Of a DNA stretch of 47,814 nucleotides, positions 17,794 through 27,514 are shown piece by piece (the first letter of the stretch is position 1; the number at the start of each line of letters is the position of its first letter). The stretch is from Salmonella phage vB_GS166, in the sequence record PV090993.1; one strand, written 5' to 3'. Below the pieces are notes generated by a model. It ran no database searches, was not told where the DNA came from, and saw only the letters and a program-made list of their open reading frames with translations. Position numbers and translations under genes: made by a program.

Positions 17794-17827
17794 AAAGGGC
17801 GGTTTATCTGTATTACCAGAAACCGCC
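17784..17827 (+). promoter_or_regulatory. programmed -1 ribosomal frameshift signal
   Basis: in-frame A-AAA-AAC at 17784-17790 before TAA; stem GGCGGTTT (17798-17805)/AAACCGCC (17820-17827), spacer 7 nt. Confidence 0.88.
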
Positions 17828-18110
17828 AACAGATGCAGAATTGCAAGCAGTAGGATTAACCCGCGCAGACTATGAGGGAGAAGATCCACCAGAGGTTATA
17901 TTTGATGAAAGCATGATGCAATCATGGGATATATTTTGCGCTATGGGTACTCAGTGGCGCAGTGCTGGCGCGGGTGCTTACGGTTTTGATTATAATGTTT
18001 TGCCTATGTTATTCAGAATCTATAAAATAGACGATGAAGAAATGGCCTTAAATGACTTGCGCATCATGGAACAGAAAGCACTTGAAATGATGCATGCAAA
18101 TAACAAATAA
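17790..18110 (+). CDS. -1 frame extension of the tail assembly chaperone (gpGT-like fusion, about 210 aa total)
   Basis: -1 frame is open from the slippery site into ORF 17841..18110 (LKRAVYLYYQKPPTDAELQAVGLTRADYEG...). Confidence 0.82.
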   Translation, partial: LKRAVYLYYQKPPTDAELQAVGLTRADYEGEDPPEVIFDESMMQSWDIFCAMGTQWRSAGAGAYGFDYNVLPMLFRIYKIDDEEMALNDLRIMEQKALEMMHANNK

Positions 18111-18132
18111 AGCGCCTACGGGCGCTTTTTTT
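18109..18132 (+). terminator. intrinsic terminator-like hairpin before the tape measure gene
   Basis: AAAGCGCC-TACG-GGCGCTTTTTTT. Confidence 0.8.
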
Positions 18133-18146
18133 ATGAGGGTAAATAT

Positions 18147-21056
18147 ATGGCTGAACAATTTGCAGGTTTAACACTTGGCGTTAACGTCGAGCAGTTAAAC
18201 AAGGCTGTAAAGTCATTGCAGGATTTTAAAAAAGCAAATGACGAAGCAAAGAAAGGCGTTGAGAGCTTTGTTAATGAGGAAGAAGTTGCAAAGCAAAAGG
18301 CTAAACAATTAGCTGATGAACTGGCGAAACAGAGCCGTGAATTTAAGCGCATTCAGGATACTGTTGATCCGACAGCGGCAAAAATGCGCAAGCTATCTCA
18401 GGCGGCTAGTGATCTTGATAAGCTATGGCAAAAGGGCATTGTACCTGATGAAACGTTTTTCCAGCTGGGGAGTATGCTGGAAACTCAGATCGGAAAGCTG
18501 GAGCGAAACAAGAAAGCGCTAACGGAAGAAGGCCGCGCAGCACTGGAAGAATCGCGAGCCAAAGAAAAAGCGGCGGCAGCGGGAAAGAGCTTCCTTGCGG
18601 ATCTTGAATCACAAGCGGCAGCGCTTGGGAAAACAAAGGCCGAATTGCTGGAAATGAAAGCCGCGCAACTTGGCGTAAGTGCTCAGGCCGCGCCATTTAT
18701 TGCACAGCTTAAATCTCAAGAGCGCCAAATGAAGTTAACCGGAATTAGCGCGGGTCAGTACAAGCAAGCTATGGCGCAACTTCCGGCTCAGATTACTGAC
18801 GTTGTAACGTCGCTCGCTTCCGGTATGCCTGTATGGTTGGTTGCTATTCAGCAGGGCGGGCAGATTAAAGATTCATTTGGCGGCGTTGGTAACACGTTCA
18901 AAGCGTTGCTTTCATTCCTTAATCCGGTAAACGTTGGTCTTGCGGCGTTGGCCTTGTCTCTTGGCGCTGTTGTTAAGGCTGGTTATGATGCGTATAAATC
19001 GCAGCGTGACTTGCAAGAGGCGTTAGTGATGACTGGTGGATATGCTGGCACTAATGGCGCACAGTTTGAGAAAATGGCGCAGGACATTAATAACAGCACT
19101 GATGCTACTATAGGAAATATTCGCGGCATAGCTACAGAGTTAGCAAAATCTGGCAAATACACCATTGATCAGATTAAAGCCATTACGAAAACTACCGCTC
19201 AGTGGTCAACGGTAACAGGTGAATCAAGCGACAAGATAACTGATTATTTTAATAAGATTGCTGGCGATCCGGTTAAAGGTCTTGCTGAATTAAATGAGCA
19301 GTTTAATTTTCTTAGCGAAGGTCAATTAACCTACATTGCAGATCTTGAGAAAACCAAAGGCAAAACGGAAGCGGTAACGGCGGCAACAAAGCTATTTGCT
19401 GATGTTATGGATCAGCGTCTTGCTAAACTGGCAGATTCAGCAACGCCATTAGAAAAGATGTGGACGAACATTAAAAAATGGGCGTCAGATGCATGGGGTT
19501 GGGTTGGTGATCACACACTGGCGGCGCTAAACCTGATTATTGACGTTGTGGCTGGTACGGTTGAGCAGGTTAGATATTTGCTTAATCAGGGTGATATTCT
19601 CATTGGTGAATTTATTGTATCGGCAACTAAAACGATGCAAAAAATCCCAGGTCTTGATAATGTTGGCGATTCTGTAATTGCACAGCAACAGAAGATCATT
19701 AATAACGCTAAGGAGAACAACAAAGAGCTATTGCAATCAATTGCTGAACGTAACGAGCGCGTCAAAAAAGGCGAGCAGGGTTACATTGATATGATGAAAA
19801 ATCGTGCGGCGGTTGAACAGCAATATGCAACAAAGACAAAGGAGAATATCAGGAAAGAGGCCGAAGAATTAGCAAAACGCGACAAGGTAACTAAAGCGTC
19901 AAAAGCTAAGGTATCGGCTGGCGATAAACTGGAAGAACAATATCAGCGTGATATCCTGGCGTTAGAAACTCAATTAATGGTTTTAAAAGAGCACAAGACG
20001 ATCACAGATACGATAAGCCAGCAACGTAAATCTTTATGGGCTGAACAAGCTAAAATTCAGATTCTTGAGGAAGCGGCAAAGAAACGCGTTCTTACTGATG
20101 AAGAAAAAAGCGTGTTAGCAAATAAAGATAAGATCTTAGCAATGGCTGAACAAAAGGCTATTTTAGGAGATCAGATTGTTGCTCAAACGCGACTGAATAA
20201 TTTGCAAGATAGCTCAATCAAATTTATTCAGCAGCAGAAAGCAGCGACGGAAGCGTTAGCCAAAACCAGAGCATTAAGCGACAGGGAAGCGGCAAGGGCA
20301 GCAGAAAGAGCTAAGGTTGAATCTGATTATCTTGCCAAAGGTGGACAGTTAGAAGATCCGCAACTTAAAGCAATGATGGATGCATTGGACAACCGCTATA
20401 AAGAGGAAGATGCGAAACGTGCTGATTGGTTATCTGGTGCTAAGAATGCCTTTGCGGAGTACGGCGAAGAAGCAATGAACATGTATGATAATATCGGCAA
20501 CATTGCGAGCCAGGCGTTAAACGGCCTATCGCAACAAATGGCTGATTTTTTGACTACTGGACAAGCCAACTTCAAAGACTTTGCAAAATCAATCATTAGC
20601 CTGATTGTTCAGATGATCACTAAGATGGTTATTTTCAATAGCATTTCCGGCATGATGGGCGGTAGCACCTGGACAATGGGAAGCCTTTTAAGTGGCGCGG
20701 GTTTTGCTCGCGGCGGTTACACTGGCGACGGTGGCAAATATGATCCGGCTGGCATTGTTCATAAGGGTGAGTTTGTTTTCACTAAAGAAGCAACGCAACG
20801 AATCGGCGCTAAAAACTTGTATCGCATGATGCGAGGTTATGCAAACGGCGGTCAAGTTGGAAGCGTTACAACTGGCGGCGGCGGTATTAATCGCGGCGCC
20901 TCCCAATTTTCATTTGGTGATATTGTTGTTAGTATTGACAACGGTCAAGATCAAAAAGGGATGGAAACCGGAATAAAAATGATTTTCACCGAAATGATTC
21001 AACGGTCTTGCTCGCAAGGTGGAGAGGTTTACAACTTTGTTAATGGGAGAGCTTAA
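18147..21056 (+). CDS. tape measure protein
   Basis: 969 aa, coiled-coil rich, hydrophobic centre, glycine-rich C-terminus FARGGYTGDGGKYDPAGIVHKGEFVFTKEATQRIG. Confidence 0.93.
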   Translation: MAEQFAGLTLGVNVEQLNKAVKSLQDFKKANDEAKKGVESFVNEEEVAKQKAKQLADELAKQSREFKRIQDTVDPTAAKMRKLSQAASDLDKLWQKGIVPDETFFQLGSMLETQIGKLERNKKALTEEGRAALEESRAKEKAAAAGKSFLADLESQAAALGKTKAELLEMKAAQLGVSAQAAPFIAQLKSQERQMKLTGISAGQYKQAMAQLPAQITDVVTSLASGMPVWLVAIQQGGQIKDSFGGVGNTFKALLSFLNPVNVGLAALALSLGAVVKAGYDAYKSQRDLQEALVMTGGYAGTNGAQFEKMAQDINNSTDATIGNIRGIATELAKSGKYTIDQIKAITKTTAQWSTVTGESSDKITDYFNKIAGDPVKGLAELNEQFNFLSEGQLTYIADLEKTKGKTEAVTAATKLFADVMDQRLAKLADSATPLEKMWTNIKKWASDAWGWVGDHTLAALNLIIDVVAGTVEQVRYLLNQGDILIGEFIVSATKTMQKIPGLDNVGDSVIAQQQKIINNAKENNKELLQSIAERNERVKKGEQGYIDMMKNRAAVEQQYATKTKENIRKEAEELAKRDKVTKASKAKVSAGDKLEEQYQRDILALETQLMVLKEHKTITDTISQQRKSLWAEQAKIQILEEAAKKRVLTDEEKSVLANKDKILAMAEQKAILGDQIVAQTRLNNLQDSSIKFIQQQKAATEALAKTRALSDREAARAAERAKVESDYLAKGGQLEDPQLKAMMDALDNRYKEEDAKRADWLSGAKNAFAEYGEEAMNMYDNIGNIASQALNGLSQQMADFLTTGQANFKDFAKSIISLIVQMITKMVIFNSISGMMGGSTWTMGSLLSGAGFARGGYTGDGGKYDPAGIVHKGEFVFTKEATQRIGAKNLYRMMRGYANGGQVGSVTTGGGGINRGASQFSFGDIVVSIDNGQDQKGMETGIKMIFTEMIQRSCSQGGEVYNFVNGRA

Positions 21057-21403
21057 TGTTAGATGAATTTACATGGTGTACGCAGATTCAGAGCGGCGGC
21101 GGCACAATGACAACTACCAACAACGACAGGGAAGTTGTTTTTGGTAATGGATACCGCCAAAAGGCATCATCTGGATTTAATACTGAAAGAAGGGAATTTT
21201 CTATTGTGTATGTTGGTTCTGATTATAAAGAAGTGAAAACATTCATGACGGATCACAGATTAAAGCCTTTCTTGTGGAGAATGCCGGATGGTAATTTAGG
21301 GTTGTTTACCGTTAAGGCCGGAAGCGTAGGGCTAACGCCAATTAGCCCGACCGCTCAGGAAGTCAAAGCAACATTCACGGAAGAATTTACATCCATGCGA
21401 TAA
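21056..21403 (+). CDS. minor tail protein (lambda M-like)
   Basis: 115 aa, position, MTDHRLKPFLWRMPDGNLGLFTVKAGSVG. Confidence 0.7.
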   Translation: MLDEFTWCTQIQSGGGTMTTTNNDREVVFGNGYRQKASSGFNTERREFSIVYVGSDYKEVKTFMTDHRLKPFLWRMPDGNLGLFTVKAGSVGLTPISPTAQEVKATFTEEFTSMR

Positions 21404-21406
21404 ATC

Positions 21407-21432
21407 AAAGCCGCCATTGTGCGGCTTTTTTA
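21407..21432 (+). terminator. intrinsic terminator-like hairpin
   Basis: AAAGCCGC-CATTGT-GCGGCTTTTTTT. Confidence 0.8.
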
Positions 21433-21470
21433 TTGTGTCTATAATGGTGCTTTATTGGAGGGCATATAAT

Positions 21471-22229
21471 ATGGCTGAAAAACAGATCAAAAAGACTTTT
21501 GAAAATTGTCTGCAATCGCTTTTCCCTGGTGAAATAATTACTCTTGTTGAGGTTGACGGCACAAAATTTGGTGCGCAGATTTACCGCTTTCATGCTGAAA
21601 ATATCGCGTACACGCCAGAGGAATTAATGCAAGCGCGTGAAACTGGAATATTGCCGCCGAAAGATATTAAATTTCGTGGCGAGGTTTACGGGGCGCGGCC
21701 TTTTGGGATTACTGGCATCGGATTTACCAGTAACGGGAAAGCAGAAAAACCACAATTAGCGCTTTCTAATTTAGATAGCCGTGTATCTGCTTTAATCAGA
21801 TCCTATAATGGCATGATGCAAGCAAAGGTTACAATATGGGTTACATCGGCTGATTTAATTGATGATGAAGGTAATGTGGAGGACGGCGCATATAGAAAAC
21901 TGGTTTATTATATTGAGCGTCCGAATTTTGTTAATCAGACAGTTGCACGTTTTGAATTAACATCACCTTATGATATGGATGGAATTATGATCCCGCCGCG
22001 ACTTACGCAAAGCGTTTGTTATTGGGCGCAAAGGGGGTGGTATAGAAGCGGGAAAGGTTGCGGATATAACGGATCGTCAATGTTCGATAAAGACAACAAT
22101 CCGGTAACAGATCCGAGCAAGGATTATTGCGCCGGAACTGTTACAGCTTGCAAATTGCGCTTTGGCGCTCAAAATGAATTAGACTTTGGCGGTTGCGCTG
22201 TTGCATCACTATTGAGGAAAAACCAATGA
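21471..22229 (+). CDS. minor tail protein L-like
   Basis: 252 aa; TPEELMQARETGILPPKDIKFRGEVYGARPFGITG; cysteine-rich C-terminus. Confidence 0.8.
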   Translation: MAEKQIKKTFENCLQSLFPGEIITLVEVDGTKFGAQIYRFHAENIAYTPEELMQARETGILPPKDIKFRGEVYGARPFGITGIGFTSNGKAEKPQLALSNLDSRVSALIRSYNGMMQAKVTIWVTSADLIDDEGNVEDGAYRKLVYYIERPNFVNQTVARFELTSPYDMDGIMIPPRLTQSVCYWAQRGWYRSGKGCGYNGSSMFDKDNNPVTDPSKDYCAGTVTACKLRFGAQNELDFGGCAVASLLRKNQ

Positions 22230-22948
22230 TTAACGCAAAAATTAAACTTGAAATTATGCGCCATGCCAATGACGTTTATCCTAATGAATGTTGTGGTCTG
22301 GTAACTCAAAAATCACGCGTTCAGAAATATCACCGGATTGATAACGTTAGCAGTGAGCCGGAAAAGCATTTTGAAATGGACGCGATCCAATATGCAGAGG
22401 TTGAGGATAGCGGCGCGGATATTATCGCCATAGTTCACAGCCACACAGGGGAAGGGGCAACCACAATCCCTAGCGCACACGATTTATGCATGTGCGATGA
22501 AACTGGTGTTTCATGGATTATCGTGTCTATTCCAGAGGGTGACATGCGAATTATAGAGCCTGAATCACGGCCTTTGATTGGTCGCCCCTGGTCGCTTGGC
22601 GCTTATGATTGTTGGGGGCTGATTATGGCCTGGCATAAAGAGCAAGGCGTGATCTTGAATGATTTCCGAAAGCCTTATGAATGGTGGAAGCCTGAATTTG
22701 GTGAAAACCTGTATCAAGATAATTATTTGAAAGAGGGTTTTGTTGAAACTGGCGAGCCACCAAAACGCGGCGATATGATCATAATGCAGCTTCAAGCGCC
22801 AGTTTGGAACCATTCTGGAATTTACTTAGGCAATAACCAACTGTTACATCATGCTTTTGGCAAGTTGTCGCGAGTGGATTTATATTCCGGTTGGTATCAG
22901 GAACACACAACAATGATTTGCAGACATAAGGATCTGAAAAATGAATAA
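22226..22948 (+). CDS. tail assembly protein K-like, JAMM/Mov34 + NlpC/P60 domains
   Basis: HANDVYPNECCGLV...HSHTGEGATTIPSAHD (JAMM) and LGAYDCWGLIMAWH...WNHSGIYLGNNQLLHH (NlpC/P60). Confidence 0.88.
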   Translation: MINAKIKLEIMRHANDVYPNECCGLVTQKSRVQKYHRIDNVSSEPEKHFEMDAIQYAEVEDSGADIIAIVHSHTGEGATTIPSAHDLCMCDETGVSWIIVSIPEGDMRIIEPESRPLIGRPWSLGAYDCWGLIMAWHKEQGVILNDFRKPYEWWKPEFGENLYQDNYLKEGFVETGEPPKRGDMIIMQLQAPVWNHSGIYLGNNQLLHHAFGKLSRVDLYSGWYQEHTTMICRHKDLKNE

Positions 22949-23540
22949 TGTGATTAACGTAAAATTATCCGGCTCTTTAGGTCGCCGCTTTGGTGTTTTC
23001 CATAAATATGCTGTTGATAGTTGGCCTGAATGCGTAAGGGCGCTATCAAGCCAGGTTGAAGGGTTTAAGGAATTCATGCAAAGTGAAATCGGATCAAAGA
23101 TGAAATTTGCAATTTTCGTTGATGGTAAAAATGTTGGCTTGAATAATGATAGCGCTTGGCATTGTGCTCGCGAGGTTCGAATTGTTCCAATTCCAACAGG
23201 TTCAAAATCTGGAGGTTTATTTCAGGTTGTATTGGGCGCGGCGATTATGGTTACTGCTTTCTTTACTGGTGGCGCATCGCTGGCGGCTATGGGCGCGTTT
23301 TCATCGGCTGCATTTATGATGGGTGGTGCAATGGCTCTTGGCGGTGTGATGCAGATGATTAGCCCACAACAAGGGGGAATGAGAATGGAAAGCCAGAGCG
23401 CAGCTAACAAGCCGTCTTATGCGTTTGGCGGTGCTGTTAATACCACGGCGGCAGGTTATCCGGTTCCGTTGCCTTATGGTTATAGAACGGTTGGCGGCGC
23501 TATATTTAGTGCTGGCTCATACGCAGAAGATAAACTCTAA
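22941..23540 (+). CDS. tail assembly protein I-like
   Basis: VKLSGSLGRRFG... glycine/alanine-rich hydrophobic segment, ends PYGYRTVGGAIFSAGSYAEDKL. Confidence 0.82.
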   Translation: MNNVINVKLSGSLGRRFGVFHKYAVDSWPECVRALSSQVEGFKEFMQSEIGSKMKFAIFVDGKNVGLNNDSAWHCAREVRIVPIPTGSKSGGLFQVVLGAAIMVTAFFTGGASLAAMGAFSSAAFMMGGAMALGGVMQMISPQQGGMRMESQSAANKPSYAFGGAVNTTAAGYPVPLPYGYRTVGGAIFSAGSYAEDKL

Positions 23541-23547
23541 TTATATT

Positions 23548-23572
23548 AACCCGCCGTTGCGCGGGTTTTTTG
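23548..23572 (+). terminator. intrinsic terminator before the host-specificity gene
   Basis: AACCCGC-CGTTGC-GCGGGTTTTTT. Confidence 0.8.
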
Positions 23573-23585
23573 TTACATGTACAAT
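23558..23585 (+). promoter_or_regulatory. putative promoter TTGCGC-N16-TACAAT overlapping the terminator
   Basis: -35 begins in the hairpin loop; -10 at 23580-23585. Confidence 0.45.
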
Positions 23586-23596
23586 GACAGCACGTT

Positions 23597-23618
23597 AAAT
23601 AGCACGAAAGGTTAAACG
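23597..23618 (+). promoter_or_regulatory. box copy downstream of the putative J promoter
   Basis: AAATAGCACGAAAGGTTAAACG, ends 2 nt before the J ATG. Confidence 0.55.
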
Positions 23619-23620
23619 CT

Positions 23621-26600
23621 ATGGTTAAAAATATGATAACTGGCAGTAAGGGCGGTTCATCCAAACCGCATACACCTGTTGAAATGGAAGATAACTTGAT
23701 TTCAATTAACAGGATCAGAATTCTTTTAGCTGTTTCTGATGGTGAAGTTGATCCAGACTTTTCATTGAAAGATTTATATTTTGATGACGTTCCGGTTATG
23801 AATCAGGACGGGTCACTAAACTTTCAGAATGTTAAAGCTGAATTCAGACCAGGCTCACAAACGCAAGATTATATTCAGGGATTCACTGACACGGCAAGTG
23901 AGATTACTGTTGCTCGCGATCTTACGGCTGCAACTCCTTATATTATTTCCGTGACTAATAAAAACCTTTCCGCGATCCGTATTAAAATTTTAATGCCGCG
24001 AGGGTTTACACAGGAGGATAACGGAGATTTAACAGGCGTTCGCGTTGAATACGCCGTTGATATGGCTATTGATGGTGCTGAATATAACGAGGTTTTGCAT
24101 GATGTGATCGAAGGTAAAACAATGAGCGGTTACGACAGAAGCCGCCGAATTGATTTACCCGCATTCAATGAGCGTGTTTTATTGCGTGTTCGTCGCCTGA
24201 CAGATAGCACGTCAGCAAGGGTTACGGATTTGATTAAGATGCAGAGCTACGCAGAAGTAGTAGACGCTAAGTTTCGTTATCCCATGACTGGTTTAGTTTA
24301 CGTTGAGTTTGACAGTGAATTATTCCCTAATGCTTTGCCGAATATCAGCATTAAAAAGAAATGGAAAATCATTAATGTTCCGTCTAATTACGATCCGATT
24401 AGCCGCACATATTCAGGCTCTTGGGATGGAACTTGGAAAAAGGCATGGAGCAATAACCCTGCTTTTGTTCTGTATGATTTAATCACCAATCAGCGTTACG
24501 GACTCGACCAACGCGAATTAGGCATTGCGCTTGATAAGTGGAGTATTTACGAATGTGCGCAATATTGCGATCAGATGGTTCCAGATGGCAAGGGTGGAAC
24601 AGAGCCGCGCTATCTATGCGACGTTGTGATCCAGAGTCAAGTAGAGGCTTATCAGCTTGTTCGTGATATTTGCTCAATCTTCCGAGGAATGAGTTTTTGG
24701 AATGGTGAGAGCCTTTCAATCGTAATCGACAAGCCGCGCGATCCGTCATACATCTTTACTAATGACAACGTGGTTAATGGTGAATTTACTTACACGTTTG
24801 CCAGCGAAAAGAGCATGTATACACAATGCAACGTGACTTTCGACGACGAACAAAACATGTATCAACAGGACGTTGAAGGAGTTTTTGAAACAGAGGCTGC
24901 GTTACGTTTTGGATATAACAGCACGTCAATAACTGCCATTGGATGCACCCGACGCAGTGAGGCTAATCGCCGTGGTCGCTGGATTCTAAAAACCAACGTT
25001 AAGAGCACAACAGTAAACTTTGCTACTGGCCTGGAAGGTATGATCCCAACGGTAGGCGATGTAATTGTTGTTTCGGATAACTTCTGGTCAAGCGCCTTAA
25101 CGCTGAATCTATCAGGTCGCTTGATGGAGGTTAGCGGGTTGCAGGTGTTCACGCCGTTTAAGGTAGACGCAAGAGCAGGTGATCGCATTCTGGTAAATAA
25201 GCCGGATGGTAAGCCAGTTGGTAGAACCATTGCGCGTGTGAGCGATGACGGCAAAACGCTAACGCTAAACACAACGTTTGGCTTTGACGTTCATCCTGAC
25301 ACCATTTTTGCAATCGAAAGAACGGATATTGCACAGCAACGCTATGTTGTAACCGGAATCACTAAAGGTGATGGTGATGAAGAATTTACCTACAACATAA
25401 CGGCTGTTGAATACGATCCGAATAAATACGATGAAATTGATTATGGTGTAAACATTGATGACCGTCCGACTTCAATCGTGCAGCCTGACGTATTGCCAGC
25501 ACCTGAAAACGTCAAGATCGAATCTTATTCGCGAGTTGTTCAGGGCGCGAGCGTGGAAACAATGCACGTTTCATGGGATAAAGTTGAATACGCAAGTCTG
25601 TATGAAATGCAGTGGCGAAAAGACAATGGCAACTGGAACAATACGCCGCGAACCGCGAACAAGGAAACGGAAGTTGAAGGTATTTATGCGGGTAACTATC
25701 ACGTCAGGGTTAGATCTGTTGCATCAAATGGTTCTGCTTCAGGATGGTCTAAGATCGTAAGTGCAGAATTAACAGGTAAAGTTGGGGAACCTGAAAAGCC
25801 TATTAATTTGACGGCTTCCGATGATGAGGTATTTGGTATTCGCGTGAAATGGGGTATGCCGGAAGGAAGCGGAGATACTGCTTACATAGAGTTACACCAG
25901 GCGCCAAATGGTGCTGATGGTCATCCACTTGTTGATCAAGCTACGCTATTAACGCTTGTTCCATTCCCTCAATATGAATACTGGCATTCAATACTGCCAG
26001 CTGGTCATGTTGTATGGTACAAGGCAAGGTCAGTAGATAAAATCGGTAACGTGTCTGATTGGACTGATTTTGTACGAGGAATGGCATCAACTGACACAAG
26101 CATTATTACAGATCACATTAAGGTTGATATTGAAAATTCGGAGGGATACAAATGGCTTGAAGAGAACGCTATTAAATCAAACGATAAGATCCACAGTGCA
26201 GCAGAATCAATCATTCAGAATGCGTTAGCGAATGATACTGATGTTAGACGTATGCGAGTAGAGAACGGCAAGCGCAAAGCTGAATTCTTGCAGTCTCTAA
26301 AACTGATTGCAGATGAAACGGAAGCGCGAGTAACCGCAATCACTCAATTAAATGCACAATTTGACGAGAAATTAACGGCTCAAAATAGCGAATTGAGAGA
26401 GGTAATTGCTAACAGCACAGAAACCCTTAGCCAGCAGATTAATCAGCTTACAGCTACGTTTGAGGGTGAGATTAACGGCGTTAAGCAGGATGTAACGGCA
26501 AAAATCACGGAAGTTAATAAAGCAATCACCAATGAAGCTGAGGCGAGAGCTTCAGCAGATCAGGCGTTATCAACTCAGATTGGTGATACCCAATCAGCAG

Positions 26601-27481
26601 TGAATCAGAAACTTGATTCATGGGTTAACGCTGATAGCATAGGCGCGATGTATGGCGTTAAGCTTGGGTTGCGTTACAACGGCCAGGAGTATAGCGCTGG
26701 AATGGCTCTTTCACTTGTGGGTGACGGATCTGGAGTTAAATCGCAATTCCTGTTTGATGCTGGAAGGTTTGCTATCATTAACAACCAACAAAGCGGAGGT
26801 TTTACACTGCCGTTTGTAGTTGAGAATAACCAGGTGTTTATCAATAGCTTGCTTGTGAAAAACGGCTCTATTGGCAATGCTCAGATTGCGGATCAGATTA
26901 ACTCTAACAACTGGAGCAGCGGCGCGGCAGGTTGGGCCATTAACAAAGGAGGTTACGCTGAATTCAACCAGGTAACTGTAAGGGGCAACGTTTACGCAAG
27001 CGATGGTATTTTTAATGGAGTTATCTATGCTCGCGGAGGTCATTTTACAGGAACGGTTGAAGCAGAAAGTTTCGTTGGTGACGTGGTTAATGCTGGTGTT
27101 GGTATTGACAAGGAACAGCTTGGTTCTGGTGGGCTATCATCAACTGTTGTCTACACTGATAGTTCTGGATCTGCAAGACCTAAGACTGCAATATTTTCAG
27201 CGGTTTGTCATATGAGAGGTGCACGAAGCGATAGGGATACAACTGTTGGTGTGAAAGTAACAATAAATGGAGTTTCTAGAGATTTTGGTGGTATGTTCAT
27301 ACCTCCTTCACAAGAGGTTTTCGTACCAATTCACTATGCAGTGCAGAATATTACCACTCAGCAAGTAACGGCAACAATTGAGCTTTATAACTACGGAGGA
27401 CTTGAAGGAGCGACACAGAAGAAAATAATCGCGCCAACATTGCAAATTGCAAGGGGTTCAGGATCATTTACATCGTACTAA
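23621..27481 (+). CDS. central tail fibre/host-specificity protein J-like
   Basis: 1286 aa; GSKGGSSKPHTPVEMEDNLISINRIRILLAVSDGEV..., fibronectin-type repeats, C-terminal fibre domain. Confidence 0.93.
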   Translation: MVKNMITGSKGGSSKPHTPVEMEDNLISINRIRILLAVSDGEVDPDFSLKDLYFDDVPVMNQDGSLNFQNVKAEFRPGSQTQDYIQGFTDTASEITVARDLTAATPYIISVTNKNLSAIRIKILMPRGFTQEDNGDLTGVRVEYAVDMAIDGAEYNEVLHDVIEGKTMSGYDRSRRIDLPAFNERVLLRVRRLTDSTSARVTDLIKMQSYAEVVDAKFRYPMTGLVYVEFDSELFPNALPNISIKKKWKIINVPSNYDPISRTYSGSWDGTWKKAWSNNPAFVLYDLITNQRYGLDQRELGIALDKWSIYECAQYCDQMVPDGKGGTEPRYLCDVVIQSQVEAYQLVRDICSIFRGMSFWNGESLSIVIDKPRDPSYIFTNDNVVNGEFTYTFASEKSMYTQCNVTFDDEQNMYQQDVEGVFETEAALRFGYNSTSITAIGCTRRSEANRRGRWILKTNVKSTTVNFATGLEGMIPTVGDVIVVSDNFWSSALTLNLSGRLMEVSGLQVFTPFKVDARAGDRILVNKPDGKPVGRTIARVSDDGKTLTLNTTFGFDVHPDTIFAIERTDIAQQRYVVTGITKGDGDEEFTYNITAVEYDPNKYDEIDYGVNIDDRPTSIVQPDVLPAPENVKIESYSRVVQGASVETMHVSWDKVEYASLYEMQWRKDNGNWNNTPRTANKETEVEGIYAGNYHVRVRSVASNGSASGWSKIVSAELTGKVGEPEKPINLTASDDEVFGIRVKWGMPEGSGDTAYIELHQAPNGADGHPLVDQATLLTLVPFPQYEYWHSILPAGHVVWYKARSVDKIGNVSDWTDFVRGMASTDTSIITDHIKVDIENSEGYKWLEENAIKSNDKIHSAAESIIQNALANDTDVRRMRVENGKRKAEFLQSLKLIADETEARVTAITQLNAQFDEKLTAQNSELREVIANSTETLSQQINQLTATFEGEINGVKQDVTAKITEVNKAITNEAEARASADQALSTQIGDTQSAVNQKLDSWVNADSIGAMYGVKLGLRYNGQEYSAGMALSLVGDGSGVKSQFLFDAGRFAIINNQQSGGFTLPFVVENNQVFINSLLVKNGSIGNAQIADQINSNNWSSGAAGWAINKGGYAEFNQVTVRGNVYASDGIFNGVIYARGGHFTGTVEAESFVGDVVNAGVGIDKEQLGSGGLSSTVVYTDSSGSARPKTAIFSAVCHMRGARSDRDTTVGVKVTINGVSRDFGGMFIPPSQEVFVPIHYAVQNITTQQVTATIELYNYGGLEGATQKKIIAPTLQIARGSGSFTSY

Positions 27482-27483
27482 TA

Positions 27484-27509
27484 AAAAAGCCTCCGATTGG
27501 AGGCTTTTT
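27484..27509. terminator. bidirectional intrinsic terminator
   Basis: AAAAAGCCTCC-GATT-GGAGGCTTTTT. Confidence 0.88.
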
Positions 27510-27514
27510 ATTTA

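Noticed and set aside
17841-18110. Independent gene starting with TTG at 17841
   Set aside because: The -1 frame is open upstream to the slippery heptamer and no RBS precedes the TTG; frameshift expression explains it better.
18131-20906. Antisense ORFs inside the tape measure gene (18131, 18406, 18983, 20396, 20688)
   Set aside because: Shadow ORFs opposite a strongly supported 969-aa gene.
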